Positions 24,539 to 33,563 of a stretch of 39,351 nucleotides of DNA are shown here, in pieces (the first letter of the stretch is position 1; each line of letters opens with the position of its first letter). A program made the translations under genes and the position numbers. Where the stretch lies: IMG/VR virus record IMGVR_UViG_3300018072_000002, positions 1-39,351 of that record; one strand, given 5' to 3'. The notes under the pieces were generated by a model. That model was not told the origin of the DNA. It searched no databases and worked only from the letters and a program-made list of their open reading frames with translations. Origin of the DNA: a virus (Duplodnaviria > Caudoviricetes).

Positions 24539-25068
24539 TTTTTCTTAAAGTTATTACGAAAATCGTTTAAATGTGAAAAAATAGTCGCCACTACTTCTTC
24601 GCCCTCCAATGAAAGAGATTCATAATCTTCATATTGGTCTGTCAAAAAAGGTTTCATCATCGCTTTGCCGATTGGAATTATCTTGTCGGTATACTTTTGC
24701 GCTTTGAGCGCCAGTTTGTTGCGTTCTGTTTCCAATTCTTCTTTCTTCTTTTTAAGTTCATCGTAGCTGGTGTGCAGTTCGGCTGGCACTTCTTTTATCA
24801 TTCGGTCAAAGATTTCCTGCTTAATCACTTTCATTCTTTCAATACATTCCTCCACAATTTTAGTTTCCACTTTTTCCTTTTCCAGGAGGTCTTCAATGTT
24901 TACTTTCTTTTCTTCCTCCTGAATCTTTTTATCGGTTTCCTCCATCTGTTTTTCTAGTTCTTCTATTTCTGCCGATTTTTCTCTGCCCAATGTAATCAAT
25001 TCTCCTTTTTTTTGCAGAAGGGTTTTAAGTTTAGGGTTTTCTATTGTGATAGTTTTGGGATAAATCAT
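24535..25068 (-). CDS. Highly charged coiled-coil protein
   Basis: E/K-rich heptads. Confidence 0.65.
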   Translation of the reverse strand: MIYPKTITIENPKLKTLLQKKGELITLGREKSAEIEELEKQMEETDKKIQEEEKKVNIEDLLEKEKVETKIVEECIERMKVIKQEIFDRMIKEVPAELHTSYDELKKKKEELETERNKLALKAQKYTDKIIPIGKAMMKPFLTDQYEDYESLSLEGEEVVATIFSHLNDFRNNFKKK

Positions 25069-25071
25069 AAT

Positions 25072-26148
25072 TTATTTTTTAATGAGTAAAGATTCATAAG
25101 CCTGTTTCCAAAGATGCGCATTTTTTTCAATGGAGTATTTTTCCTTAACATAATTATATGCTTCTTCCGCAAGTTGCACACGTTTTTCTTTATTGTTGAT
25201 TAAATCTTCAATGGCATTTATCCAGCTCTGCGTATCTGTTGCGATTATCATGTGAGCCGCATCATCTTTATCTACTTGATATGGAGAATCGCCTGTTGAA
25301 AAGCCCTGCGCAATCGTAGCGATTTTGAGCATACTATTTTCTAAAAACTTTAGATTGGATTTGCAACGATTAAAATAATTATCCGCGCGCGGAATGATAA
25401 CCATATCCAGTTTCAAGCCGTTCAGATACTCGTAATACACATCGGAAGCGACAAAAGAGTGCCATTCAATGTTCACCTTGTTCCAAAAAGCGTATTCATC
25501 CACATAAAGCTGTTTATATATTTCATTCTCTCCCTCTGGCGGGAGCGACAGCAAGACTAACCGCACTCTGGGGTCATTTTGATAATGGTCAATAATCGGT
25601 TTCAGGGCTTCCACATCGGAAGTTACCCCCACGCTTCCAGTTATGCCGATGCGTATTGTGTCTGTTTCATTGCGCAGGGGTTCTGGGTAATAGAAAGGGT
25701 CTACGCAGTTGGGCAAGACAACAGTATTTGGATTAAGTTCCGCATATTCTTTTTTCAAGAATTCCGTGGAACAGGTTACGAGGTCGGCTTCTTTAATGAA
25801 AGTATCTATATTCTTATTCAGCATCCCCAATCCTCGCTTGACCTTTTCTTCATTCATATATTCATTGAATTTGAAGCCTCCATAATCCTTGTAAGTATCA
25901 TCGTTATCACATACCACTTTCTTTCCCGCTTGTTTCAAAGCTCGAAGCATTGCCAAATGTTCTTCTCTTTCAGGACGATGAAATACGATTATATCGGCAT
26001 CCACCAATGCCTTTGCTTTCTGTTCGGGTGATATTCGCTGTAAGCTCATAGTAGTTCGGTCGCCATCCCAGCCATTCTCTTGCAAAGGGAAAAGACATCT
26101 TATGTTAAAACAGCCTTCGAGCCCGTTATTTGTAAAATAAACCTTCAT
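25072..26148 (-). CDS. GT-B (GT4-like) glycosyltransferase within the morphogenesis module
   Basis: IIVFHRP, VVCDNDD, DLVTCSTEFL, VLPNCVD, IGITGS, FNRCKSNLKFLE. Confidence 0.85.
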   Translation of the reverse strand: MKVYFTNNGLEGCFNIRCLFPLQENGWDGDRTTMSLQRISPEQKAKALVDADIIVFHRPEREEHLAMLRALKQAGKKVVCDNDDTYKDYGGFKFNEYMNEEKVKRGLGMLNKNIDTFIKEADLVTCSTEFLKKEYAELNPNTVVLPNCVDPFYYPEPLRNETDTIRIGITGSVGVTSDVEALKPIIDHYQNDPRVRLVLLSLPPEGENEIYKQLYVDEYAFWNKVNIEWHSFVASDVYYEYLNGLKLDMVIIPRADNYFNRCKSNLKFLENSMLKIATIAQGFSTGDSPYQVDKDDAAHMIIATDTQSWINAIEDLINNKEKRVQLAEEAYNYVKEKYSIEKNAHLWKQAYESLLIKK

Positions 26149-26726
26149 TTTTTTATTTGGTTATAGTTAGTAATTTTCCATCCGTAACTATCGGTCTTTT
26201 TATGACACTCAAAACAAAGAGTTACTCCATTATCAATAGCAAATCTTAATTCAGGAAATAGTGCGAATGGTTTGATGTGATGAGCATTTAATACTACCGC
26301 CTTCCCATTACCATTTCTTGCACCACACTCTTGACAGGTGTAATTGTCTTGTTTGAAAACTGAAATTGTCCATAATCTTCCCTGTGCAGAATTTCTTATA
26401 AGTATATTCTCGGGAGAAATTCCTCCTTTCCAATTTGGATTTAATTCACCTTTTTTTGATTCTGCTATTTTTTTTCTAATTTCTGGTCGGCTAGAGGGAT
26501 TGTTAATACCAATAGCATAAGGTCTTTTTGTGCCAAGTGTAGATGAAGGAATTTTTAATCTTATCCTCGTTTCAGATATTTTTCTTTTATGTTCTTCTGT
26601 AAGTTTTTTGCCTCTGTGAGCTAAACTTATTTTTAGCCTTGTTTTTTCAGTTATTATTCTGTTTGCATTTGCTATCCCAATCTTTTCTCCATGTTCTTTT
26701 GTTCTTTTGTATATTCCTGATGGCAT
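26145..26726 (-). CDS. NUMOD3-HNH homing endonuclease
   Basis: TEEHKRKIS, NPNWKGG, DNYTCQECG, AHHIKPF, NGVTLCFECH. Confidence 0.9.
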   Translation of the reverse strand: MPSGIYKRTKEHGEKIGIANANRIITEKTRLKISLAHRGKKLTEEHKRKISETRIRLKIPSSTLGTKRPYAIGINNPSSRPEIRKKIAESKKGELNPNWKGGISPENILIRNSAQGRLWTISVFKQDNYTCQECGARNGNGKAVVLNAHHIKPFALFPELRFAIDNGVTLCFECHKKTDSYGWKITNYNQIKK

Positions 26727-26733
26727 ATATATA

Positions 26734-27015
26734 TTATAACATTTTATCTAACGCTTCAGATATTTTTTTAGTTATTAATGCTTCTATTTTATCTTCAATC
26801 AACTTTTCTATTTTTTCATCTATTTTGCTTGTTTTAGTCGCCGTTTCTTCTGTCTTCGTAACTGTTTCCATAATTACTGGCGGTATTATTGGCGGAACAT
26901 ACTCTGGCTCTACTGGTTTGATTATTTCTCTGGTCTTGGCGTTGATAATGTTTCCCTGCGGGTCAATTCTGACACTCTCTCTTTTTATATTTGGTGCTAT
27001 AAGTACTCCTCCCAT
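26734..27015 (-). CDS. Hypothetical protein following the capsid gene (93 aa)
   Basis: ATG at 27015 preferred because the upstream region folds into an RNA structure. Confidence 0.65.
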   Translation of the reverse strand: MGGVLIAPNIKRESVRIDPQGNIINAKTREIIKPVEPEYVPPIIPPVIMETVTKTEETATKTSKIDEKIEKLIEDKIEALITKKISEALDKML

Positions 27016-27016
27016 A

Positions 27017-27075
27017 AAATTGTTTCCTAATTTAGTGATGTTCCGCAATTAGGTGTGGACACCACTAAACAATTT
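27017..27075 (-). promoter_or_regulatory. Pseudoknotted RNA element after the major capsid gene
   Basis: AAAUUGUUU/AAACAAUUU and AGUGGUGU/ACAUCACU stems; loop CCUAAUU complementary to bulge AAUUAGG. Confidence 0.6.
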
Positions 27076-27090
27076 AATTAAATTGATAAT

Positions 27091-27996
27091 TTAAGCGGCG
27101 GTCAAAATTTCCACCCCTGCATTGTCCCTATTTTCTACAACCCCGTAGAGCAAGTCTGCGGTAGTTACAGTTGAAAGATAATCAGGAATATAGTTTGACT
27201 GCACGCGAACTCCGTATCTGCCTGTCATGCTTGAACCCATGCTTCCGCCAGTACCTAATGGAGAGGTTGCAAAGTGCAAAGCATCTCTATGAGCCAGCGC
27301 GTTGTATCGTCCAGCCGTTCCCGAAACATACTGAATGTTGTTGGAAACGTATACCGGAATACCATACAGGCTCGCTCTTGGCGTTTTCGCTGTCGGGTCA
27401 TTCACAGGTGAATTTACCGCTAGAGAAAACTTATCAATGTTTTGGATTTGCTTCCAAAATACCGAAGGCGAAAGGAAGAAAGCTACATCCGAAGATGTAT
27501 CCACTCCTACTGATTCCAAAGCGGATATCGCCGCACGAATATCACTATCGGCTAGATTGGTAGTTGAAGCACCGACCACAGTGGCAAATCCACTGAAAAG
27601 CGATGCGAGAGCAACTTCCAATTTCTTAGCCATCGTATATCCTGAACTCTGCGCGTATCTTTCTTGCAGATAGTAGGAATGTTTGACTTGAGCCGCTTCG
27701 CGGTCTTCGATGGCGAAGCTAACTTCGTACCACTGGTCTACTGTCAAAGTAACCTTAGTGTCCGTAGGGGCATTTAAAGTTACTGCCGTAGCCACAGTTT
27801 TGGCGCTTGCGGAAAATTCCGTTAAGTTTGGAGTATAGAGCGCTGAACCTCCACCTGCCAATTCCGATGAGCGGTCTGTAAAAAAGTCCGCTATCATTAA
27901 TTTTAGTTTGAAGAATTCATTGATGCGTTCGCCCCAAAGGAGAGGAATGTTTACGGCAAGAGTCGTACCAGTCATTGTCGTTGTTGGAAATGCCAT
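27091..27996 (-). CDS. Major capsid protein (HK97 fold, P22-coat-like)
   Basis: IPLLW, LTVDQWYEVSFAIED, GYTMAKKLE, LYGIPVYVSNN, ADLLYGV; follows the scaffold gene. Confidence 0.9.
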   Translation of the reverse strand: MAFPTTTMTGTTLAVNIPLLWGERINEFFKLKLMIADFFTDRSSELAGGGSALYTPNLTEFSASAKTVATAVTLNAPTDTKVTLTVDQWYEVSFAIEDREAAQVKHSYYLQERYAQSSGYTMAKKLEVALASLFSGFATVVGASTTNLADSDIRAAISALESVGVDTSSDVAFFLSPSVFWKQIQNIDKFSLAVNSPVNDPTAKTPRASLYGIPVYVSNNIQYVSGTAGRYNALAHRDALHFATSPLGTGGSMGSSMTGRYGVRVQSNYIPDYLSTVTTADLLYGVVENRDNAGVEILTAA

Positions 27997-28032
27997 ATTC
28001 TTTAACTAACATATTATGTTTTTTATGCTAGT

Positions 28033-28569
28033 TTATACACCCATAACTTTCTTAAAAACTTTTTCATGCTCCTCGCGAGTCATATCGGGTTTGATTAAGG
28101 CTTCGTTCTCCGACTCGCCTGAACCTTTTGAAGCTCCGAGTTTGGCTTTCTCTTTCCGTTCATTATCCTTGAAATCTTTTTGGTAAGAGAGAAAGAGAGA
28201 GTCCTTGATAGCTTCCGTCAAAGGAATACCTTTACCTTTCGCTATTATTTTTGCTTGCTCGATTTCTTCATCTGATAATCCGCGAGCAATCAATTTAAGT
28301 TCGTCTGAAAGTTGTGAGTTATTGTTAAGTTGAGATTGAGCTTGGTCTGATTTCAATTTCTTGACTTCAGCTTCAGCCTTTTTTCTTGCAATGTTGATTT
28401 CAAGATTAGCTTTACGCTGTTTCTCCAATTCAACTTTCAAGATTTCAGTGTCCTCTTGAGTTTCTTCGACCTTAGTGTCCTCATCACTGTTTTCGTTGCT
28501 CTCGGTAGCTCCCTCAACCTCTGTGTTTGTGTCCACAGCGACATCATTGCCTTCTTCAGACATAGACAT
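28033..28569 (-). CDS. Putative capsid scaffolding protein
   Basis: Acidic N-terminus, coiled coil, SKGSG linker and short C-terminal helix, immediately upstream of the capsid gene. Confidence 0.75.
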   Translation of the reverse strand: MSMSEEGNDVAVDTNTEVEGATESNENSDEDTKVEETQEDTEILKVELEKQRKANLEINIARKKAEAEVKKLKSDQAQSQLNNNSQLSDELKLIARGLSDEEIEQAKIIAKGKGIPLTEAIKDSLFLSYQKDFKDNERKEKAKLGASKGSGESENEALIKPDMTREEHEKVFKKVMGV

Positions 28570-28673
28570 TTTGTCGGTTCATGCCTCGCGACTGGCTTAG
28601 ATGGTTCATGCAGAGCCATTATGCGGTTTATAATTTTGATGATGAGTTTAATGTCATACTCAGGACAAGAATT

Positions 28674-29129
28674 TTATTTTCTACACCTTCCACCAAAAGT
28701 TTCAGTTGATTTGTGGCATTCTCTACATAGAGTTCTGCCATTATTCACATCAAATCTTAGTTCTGGGAAATATGCGAATGGTTTGATGTGGTCTGCCTCT
28801 ATATTCTTTTTAGAACCACACCATACACAAGTGAAGTTATCTCTTGTAAAAACCGCTATTCTCCATAATGCATATTCAGCAGTTTTTCTTATTCTATTTT
28901 CAAGTTTCGTTATACCCCCTTTCCAATTCCAGTGATTTTCTCCCAACTTTGCTAATCTCTGTTTTTCCTTTGCTTCTTCAGGTAGTTTCTTACCTCTCCA
29001 AAAACTATTCTTTCTATTTCCTTCTTTTATCTTGGCTATGGTTTCTTGTGTATGTTTCTTGCCTGTCCAATATGCGTAATACTTATGCCCTTTCTGAAAT
29101 CTTCCTTTGTTGTTTTCGTATTTACTCAT
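28674..29129 (-). CDS. NUMOD3-HNH homing endonuclease
   Basis: FQKGH, GKKHTQETIAKI, WNWKGG, RDNFTCVWCG, ADHIKPF, NGRTLCRECH; ATG at 29129. Confidence 0.9.
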   Translation of the reverse strand: MSKYENNKGRFQKGHKYYAYWTGKKHTQETIAKIKEGNRKNSFWRGKKLPEEAKEKQRLAKLGENHWNWKGGITKLENRIRKTAEYALWRIAVFTRDNFTCVWCGSKKNIEADHIKPFAYFPELRFDVNNGRTLCRECHKSTETFGGRCRK

Positions 29130-29148
29130 AATGACTTCATTGGTCAAG

Positions 29149-29220
29149 CTACTTCATGCGACCTCCTGTCGCTTTGCTCCAATAACTCTGTTTCTTTTTT
29201 GCTTTTTTCTTTCTTGCCAT
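29149..29220 (-). CDS. 23-aa basic peptide
   Basis: MARKKKAKKKQSYWSKATGGRMK; TAATG coupling to the upstream ORF. Confidence 0.45.
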   Translation of the reverse strand: MARKKKAKKKQSYWSKATGGRMK

Positions 29221-29354
29221 TATTTTTTCTTTTTCTTTGGTAATTTGCGACCTTTGCTTGCCCTATCCCATTCCGAAACATTCACTCCCTGTGCCTCTAA
29301 CTCTTTTCTGTGAGCATGGAAGTAAGCGGCTTGAGCTTTAGATTGATAGGGCAT
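29220..29354 (-). CDS. 44-aa basic phage peptide (MPxxSKAQ type)
   Basis: MPYQSKAQAAYFHAHRKELEAQGVNVSEWDRASKGRKLPKKKKK. Confidence 0.7.
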   Translation of the reverse strand: MPYQSKAQAAYFHAHRKELEAQGVNVSEWDRASKGRKLPKKKKK

Positions 29355-29355
29355 T

Positions 29356-29580
29356 TTAACGGGCTTCATTGATTATTTCTTTCTCCTTGACCTTGGGAGA
29401 AAATAATACTTCCAGGTGGTCGAACGCTTTATCAATCACTTCTTTAGCGTCCGCCACCGCGTAAGGTTCTTCCCGCGCCATCAACATTCTTACCGCCTCC
29501 TCTTTTAAGAAATCTGTCAAGTATGCCTTGACATCATTTCTCATTGCTTCATTCAAATAAAAATCTTTTAATGAATTCAT
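29356..29580 (-). CDS. Small head-module protein
   Basis: Helical 74 aa between portal and scaffold. Confidence 0.7.
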   Translation of the reverse strand: MNSLKDFYLNEAMRNDVKAYLTDFLKEEAVRMLMAREEPYAVADAKEVIDKAFDHLEVLFSPKVKEKEIINEAR

Positions 29581-29804
29581 AATAATGCCGCCGCTGATTG
29601 AGTTGATAATCCTGTCTTACTTACTTTTATATTCAGAGCATTTTGTTTAGATTGACCGATAGAACCCGCGTAGCTATTAGCGGCATCCTGTCCTATTTTT
29701 CCGGTAGTTCCAGCTAAAACATTCAAGGCTTCTTGTTTTGAGAGTCCGACAGTTCCCGCTTTGGCATTTAAGTAATCTTGAGTTATTTTTTGTAGAGTAG
29801 CCAT
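29577..29804 (-). CDS. 15-aa tandem-repeat protein
   Basis: QxALNxxAGTxGLSx-like unit, about 4.5 copies. Confidence 0.7.
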   Translation of the reverse strand: MATLQKITQDYLNAKAGTVGLSKQEALNVLAGTTGKIGQDAANSYAGSIGQSKQNALNIKVSKTGLSTQSAAALL

Positions 29805-29805
29805 A

Positions 29806-31620
29806 CTATGCTGTTTGTGGTTGTTTAGCTGTTAATGACATCGGACTTGGAATTGGTTTTGTATTGGTTTGCATCATTTGATTCTGCTCCATTGTTTCCG
29901 CGTCCTTCTTGGCTTTCTCGTTTATAGCGCTGGTTATATTTATCGGACTGATTCCAGCGCCAGAAAGCTCTATAATCCTCGTAAGCAACTGTGAAGCCAC
30001 AGGGTCTTGAGAAAGATTTGGATTGGAAGCGTAAGTAATTAAGATATTGTTTAAGGATTCCAGTGTCGCCGCTTTATTTCTCTGTTCGCCTGTAATGTTT
30101 ACAGTAACTTTAGCTTTTAAGTTCTTGTAAAAACCTTTCGGTATCTGAATAAACCTCTGCGCCTTAGTCTGTTTGATAAATTCGTCATAATTCTCTATCC
30201 AGCCGTCATATTGTTCTTGTGTTACCATTTTGCCCGCCAGTATTTCTTCTATGGCTCTCTGATTAGCTTCTTTAGCGGTGAATTTATTGTCTATTTCTTT
30301 AAGTTCTTCGGGTGAAAAATCATAAGCGAGGATATGCTCTTGATTCAACTTGGAAGACAGATACGGCATAACCCAATCTTCTATGATTTCAGTTATGAAA
30401 ATGCCAAATTCCTGCTGTAAAGTCTTAAACACGCTGTTTGATTGCTGTAAAACTGTCGCTTGCAGTCTAAATGGCGTGCCAGAGGGCGGTGTTTCACCCC
30501 TTTGCGCCGCGTAAGCCGATGTGGTCTTTTCCAGTTGGTCATACCATTGAGTGATAAGAAGCCCATATTGGTTAAGCCCGCCACTGGGCAATAAATTAAG
30601 AGCTTCTATCGGCTTGCCATCCTCGTGTTCTAGGATAGTTCCGTCATCTGTTTCAGTTAAAAGATTTCTGCCTTTGAGTTTCTTGGAAGCGGATTGCCCG
30701 ACAACTTTAGTGGTGTATTCCATAGCTCTAGCCTGCTTTAGCACCGCATCGTTCGTCCACACTTGGGCTTCTTCCCCTTCTTCCATTACGCCCACCCCAA
30801 ACGAACGCCCAGCTTTAGGTTTACGAGCCAGATATTTATACACTTTTTCAGTATCATCTTCGCAATAAAGCATTACGCATCCGTCCACAAAGTTTTCCTT
30901 TCCGCTATCGGTTGGAGTGCCTGCCACATAATAGAGCTGGTAGGAGTATTCTTTCTCATCCTTGTCTTTGTATTTCTCCCCCATTGCATCCTTGTAAGTT
31001 GCTTTGCTAAACTCTCCCCTTATTTCAAAAATAGGTATTCTCTTGCTGGAACCTTTGCCTTTTAGTTTCTCCAAAACCAAATCCACATCCCTCCATTCTG
31101 TCATCTTGGATATTTCATTGGCGGTCATCCAGTGCGTTTCCACTATCGCTCCCTGAATGATGTTCACTTGGTCAGTGAGAGTATTTTTCCATTCTGGCAA
31201 CTCCAGCGCAAGCTCCTTGTCTTTCATTACCTTTTTAACAAGCAAAGAACCATAGCGAGTGTGCATATCCCGCATATCGTTCAGAGTCCTGGCAAAGTTA
31301 GTTTCTTTCATCCAAACATATATATCTTTGGAAAGAAGCCAGCTCTCTAGGTAATGATTAGCATCATCGGAGGTTATTTGTATATCTTTAGTATCAATAT
31401 CCTTAGCGGAATTTTCCACATCGCAGATTGCGTTCAGTATTTGGAAAAAAGGTTTCTCCCTGCCTAGCTCGTCTTTCTGTCCGTTAAGATATTTTGAATT
31501 GTTATAAAATTCTATCGTTCTGACTCGCTCTCTTTGAGAAAACTTAAGACCAGAAACTAAATCAATAGTTTTTTCATAGTTAGTCCGTATTAACTCTAAT
31601 TCTTGTTTGATGGATAGCAA
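29806..31620 (-). CDS. Portal protein (P22-like)
   Basis: 604 aa after the terminase, GRSFGVGVME motif, Q-rich tail; TTG start. Confidence 0.85.
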   Translation of the reverse strand: MLSIKQELELIRTNYEKTIDLVSGLKFSQRERVRTIEFYNNSKYLNGQKDELGREKPFFQILNAICDVENSAKDIDTKDIQITSDDANHYLESWLLSKDIYVWMKETNFARTLNDMRDMHTRYGSLLVKKVMKDKELALELPEWKNTLTDQVNIIQGAIVETHWMTANEISKMTEWRDVDLVLEKLKGKGSSKRIPIFEIRGEFSKATYKDAMGEKYKDKDEKEYSYQLYYVAGTPTDSGKENFVDGCVMLYCEDDTEKVYKYLARKPKAGRSFGVGVMEEGEEAQVWTNDAVLKQARAMEYTTKVVGQSASKKLKGRNLLTETDDGTILEHEDGKPIEALNLLPSGGLNQYGLLITQWYDQLEKTTSAYAAQRGETPPSGTPFRLQATVLQQSNSVFKTLQQEFGIFITEIIEDWVMPYLSSKLNQEHILAYDFSPEELKEIDNKFTAKEANQRAIEEILAGKMVTQEQYDGWIENYDEFIKQTKAQRFIQIPKGFYKNLKAKVTVNITGEQRNKAATLESLNNILITYASNPNLSQDPVASQLLTRIIELSGAGISPINITSAINEKAKKDAETMEQNQMMQTNTKPIPSPMSLTAKQPQTA

Positions 31621-31668
31621 AGTAATTGTTGTTACTTGCCCCAGTTCTCCTGCGGACGATTATAATAG

Positions 31669-31836
31669 TTAATGATACAATTTTTTTAATTGCAAGTCAA
31701 AGTGGATTTTCTGTTCACGCTTAATAATATAATAGTCAGGTTTTCCGTTTGCGTCTTTTTGAATGGTAATAGTTTCAAAAGGTTTTGCCTCTCTTAAGAA
31801 TAAAATTATTTCTTTTTCATTTTCTGTCAATTCCAT
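31669..31836 (-). CDS. Small protein, DUF2292/YezD-like (55 aa)
   Basis: Manual translation MELTENEKEIILFLREAKPFETITIQKDANGKPDYYIIKREQK... Confidence 0.6.
   Translation of the reverse strand: MELTENEKEIILFLREAKPFETITIQKDANGKPDYYIIKREQKIHFDLQLKKLYH
31672..31700 (-). promoter_or_regulatory. Promoter of the portal/structural operon
   Basis: TTGACT, 17 nt, TATCAT. Confidence 0.6.
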
Positions 31837-31997
31837 TATCGCGAGCTTTTATTTTGATGACGCTGTTTAGCTTCTTGACGTTCCAGTCTTTCTATGGGGT
31901 CTAAATCTTCAAATGGCGGTCTGTTATCTTTGAAATAGACATCTTTGATTATCGCAAATTCTTCTGGGTCGTATAATGTTGGTCTTTTATTTTCCAT
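31836..31997 (-). CDS. Small hypothetical protein (53 aa)
   Basis: Manual translation MENKRPTLYDPEEF...HQNKSSR; TAATG-coupled on both sides. Confidence 0.6.
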   Translation of the reverse strand: MENKRPTLYDPEEFAIIKDVYFKDNRPPFEDLDPIERLERQEAKQRHQNKSSR

Positions 31998-33223
31998 TAT
32001 CGTGTTTGGGGCTGTAAGTTTCTTAATCTACTCATAAGTCTATCAGCTTTTTCTTCTTCCATACCTCTAACTCCATTATTGACCATCGTAAGCAATACAT
32101 ATCTTATCCCCGCCATAGAGTGATTAGCTGATTTTGGGTCTTCCATATTCAAGATTTTACCATTTTTATCCACGAACCATAAATAATTTCTATATTCCTT
32201 TAGAGTATTAGCCGACCTTCTGGTAATTGATATTCTTTGATTCTGAACTATCCCAATGCTCCATTTCACAAATGTTTCTGTTTTAGATTCTCCTCTTTGT
32301 TTTGATACTCCTACGATATTAACTCCAAAACTTCTTATCTCATCAATACTCTTTGGCTCTGCCGAATCGGCTATGACTAAAGTCTGCGATGTATCTAAAC
32401 TTAATAAGAAATCTGCTAGTGGTTTATTCAACATTCCTCTCTGATAAAGCTGTTCGTCTACGATATATCCTCCATTATATTCGTAAACATCGCCAATAGA
32501 GCTAGGGTCATTAGTGTAGCCAAAATCAAGCCACCTTGCTATCAATCTTGCCTCGTGCGGTATCTCATCAATTATATTCCAGTCCTTATATATTCTGGTT
32601 GTAATAACTCCAAGCTTCCCCTCGCCATAAACTGTCCACCATTCTTTATTGTGCCGGTGAGTTAGTATTTCATTCTTGGATATTTCATCTAATGCTTCGT
32701 TATCCAAAAAGGTGAGTATTATAAAATCAATATCTTCTCTCTTGCCCTGCATTTCCGTGTAATACCAAAATTCTTCTGATGGATTCCAGTCCATCCAAAC
32801 TATCTTTCTAGTTCTAGTAATGAGCTGGTCGGCTATAATATAGGGAATGTTATTTGCTTCATTCAAGAAAAGAATATCCCTTCTGGGACCATGAGCTTTT
32901 CCGAATTTATCAAAAGAGATGAATTCTATAAAAGATTTTGTGTGAAAAGTATAGATATGTTTCGTCTCATTCCAAAGATTATCATCCCAGTAGCCATTAG
33001 CTTTCATTATATTTTGGAAATCTCTAATTGCTCCCAGCAATAAATGTGGGACGGATTCCGCGACCACAGTACATATTTGATTATCTGCGCTTTGGCAATA
33101 ATCAATAAGCCATATAAGTATAGATACTGTTTTTGAAGCCGATGTTCCTCCTGAAACTGCTCTAATCCTCTTTTTCAGTTGAAATATCTTCTTTGTTGCC
33201 GTTGTGTCTTGATAAGCCCCCAT
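31997..33223 (-). CDS. terL: Terminase large subunit (PBSX/SPP1 type)
   Basis: Walker A GGTSASKT, Walker B LFLNEAN, DWNP, nuclease LDFGYTNDP and ADSAEP. Confidence 0.95.
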   Translation of the reverse strand: MGAYQDTTATKKIFQLKKRIRAVSGGTSASKTVSILIWLIDYCQSADNQICTVVAESVPHLLLGAIRDFQNIMKANGYWDDNLWNETKHIYTFHTKSFIEFISFDKFGKAHGPRRDILFLNEANNIPYIIADQLITRTRKIVWMDWNPSEEFWYYTEMQGKREDIDFIILTFLDNEALDEISKNEILTHRHNKEWWTVYGEGKLGVITTRIYKDWNIIDEIPHEARLIARWLDFGYTNDPSSIGDVYEYNGGYIVDEQLYQRGMLNKPLADFLLSLDTSQTLVIADSAEPKSIDEIRSFGVNIVGVSKQRGESKTETFVKWSIGIVQNQRISITRRSANTLKEYRNYLWFVDKNGKILNMEDPKSANHSMAGIRYVLLTMVNNGVRGMEEEKADRLMSRLRNLQPQTR

Positions 33224-33563
33224 AAATAGGTATTTGAATTTCTCCCGAATGTTCTACGAAATTTTTAGCTTGCCCATATATTCTATCGTGTATGTCTTTG
33301 TAAAAAGAATAGTTGCCGTCTTTGGCTTGCTTGAACGCCACTTTAAGTAAAAGTTTTCTGGCTTCGCTCCTCGTCATTTTATTCTCCTTTGCGATTTCAT
33401 CTACCGCCTCGTCAAAGTCAGTTTCAAAGTTTTTTGTGCCAGCAATCCTACCGCCTATTTTCGGATGTCCTTTCTTAAATTTGCTATTTTCATCAAACAA
33501 TTCGTCTTTAGACACCACCTTTTCACTACTTCGTGATAGAGTTCTTTCTGATAGTAATTCCAT
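33162..33563 (-). CDS. terS: Terminase small subunit
   Basis: FKKGH..GGR.AGTKN, DRIYGQA, VEHSGEI; overlaps the terL start by 62 nt; TGGCATAAT ends 6 nt before the ATG. Confidence 0.8.
   Translation of the reverse strand: MELLSERTLSRSSEKVVSKDELFDENSKFKKGHPKIGGRIAGTKNFETDFDEAVDEIAKENKMTRSEARKLLLKVAFKQAKDGNYSFYKDIHDRIYGQAKNFVEHSGEIQIPIYGGLSRHNGNKEDISTEKED

Noticed and set aside
27049-27093. Capsid stop read-through or frameshift extension driven by the downstream pseudoknot
   Set aside because: No slippery heptamer at the capsid 3' end, and read-through meets another TAA after 13 codons
28564-28667. preQ1 or SAM-II/SAM-V riboswitch
   Set aside because: Topology is similar, but the ligand-binding consensus nucleotides are missing and the gene context does not fit
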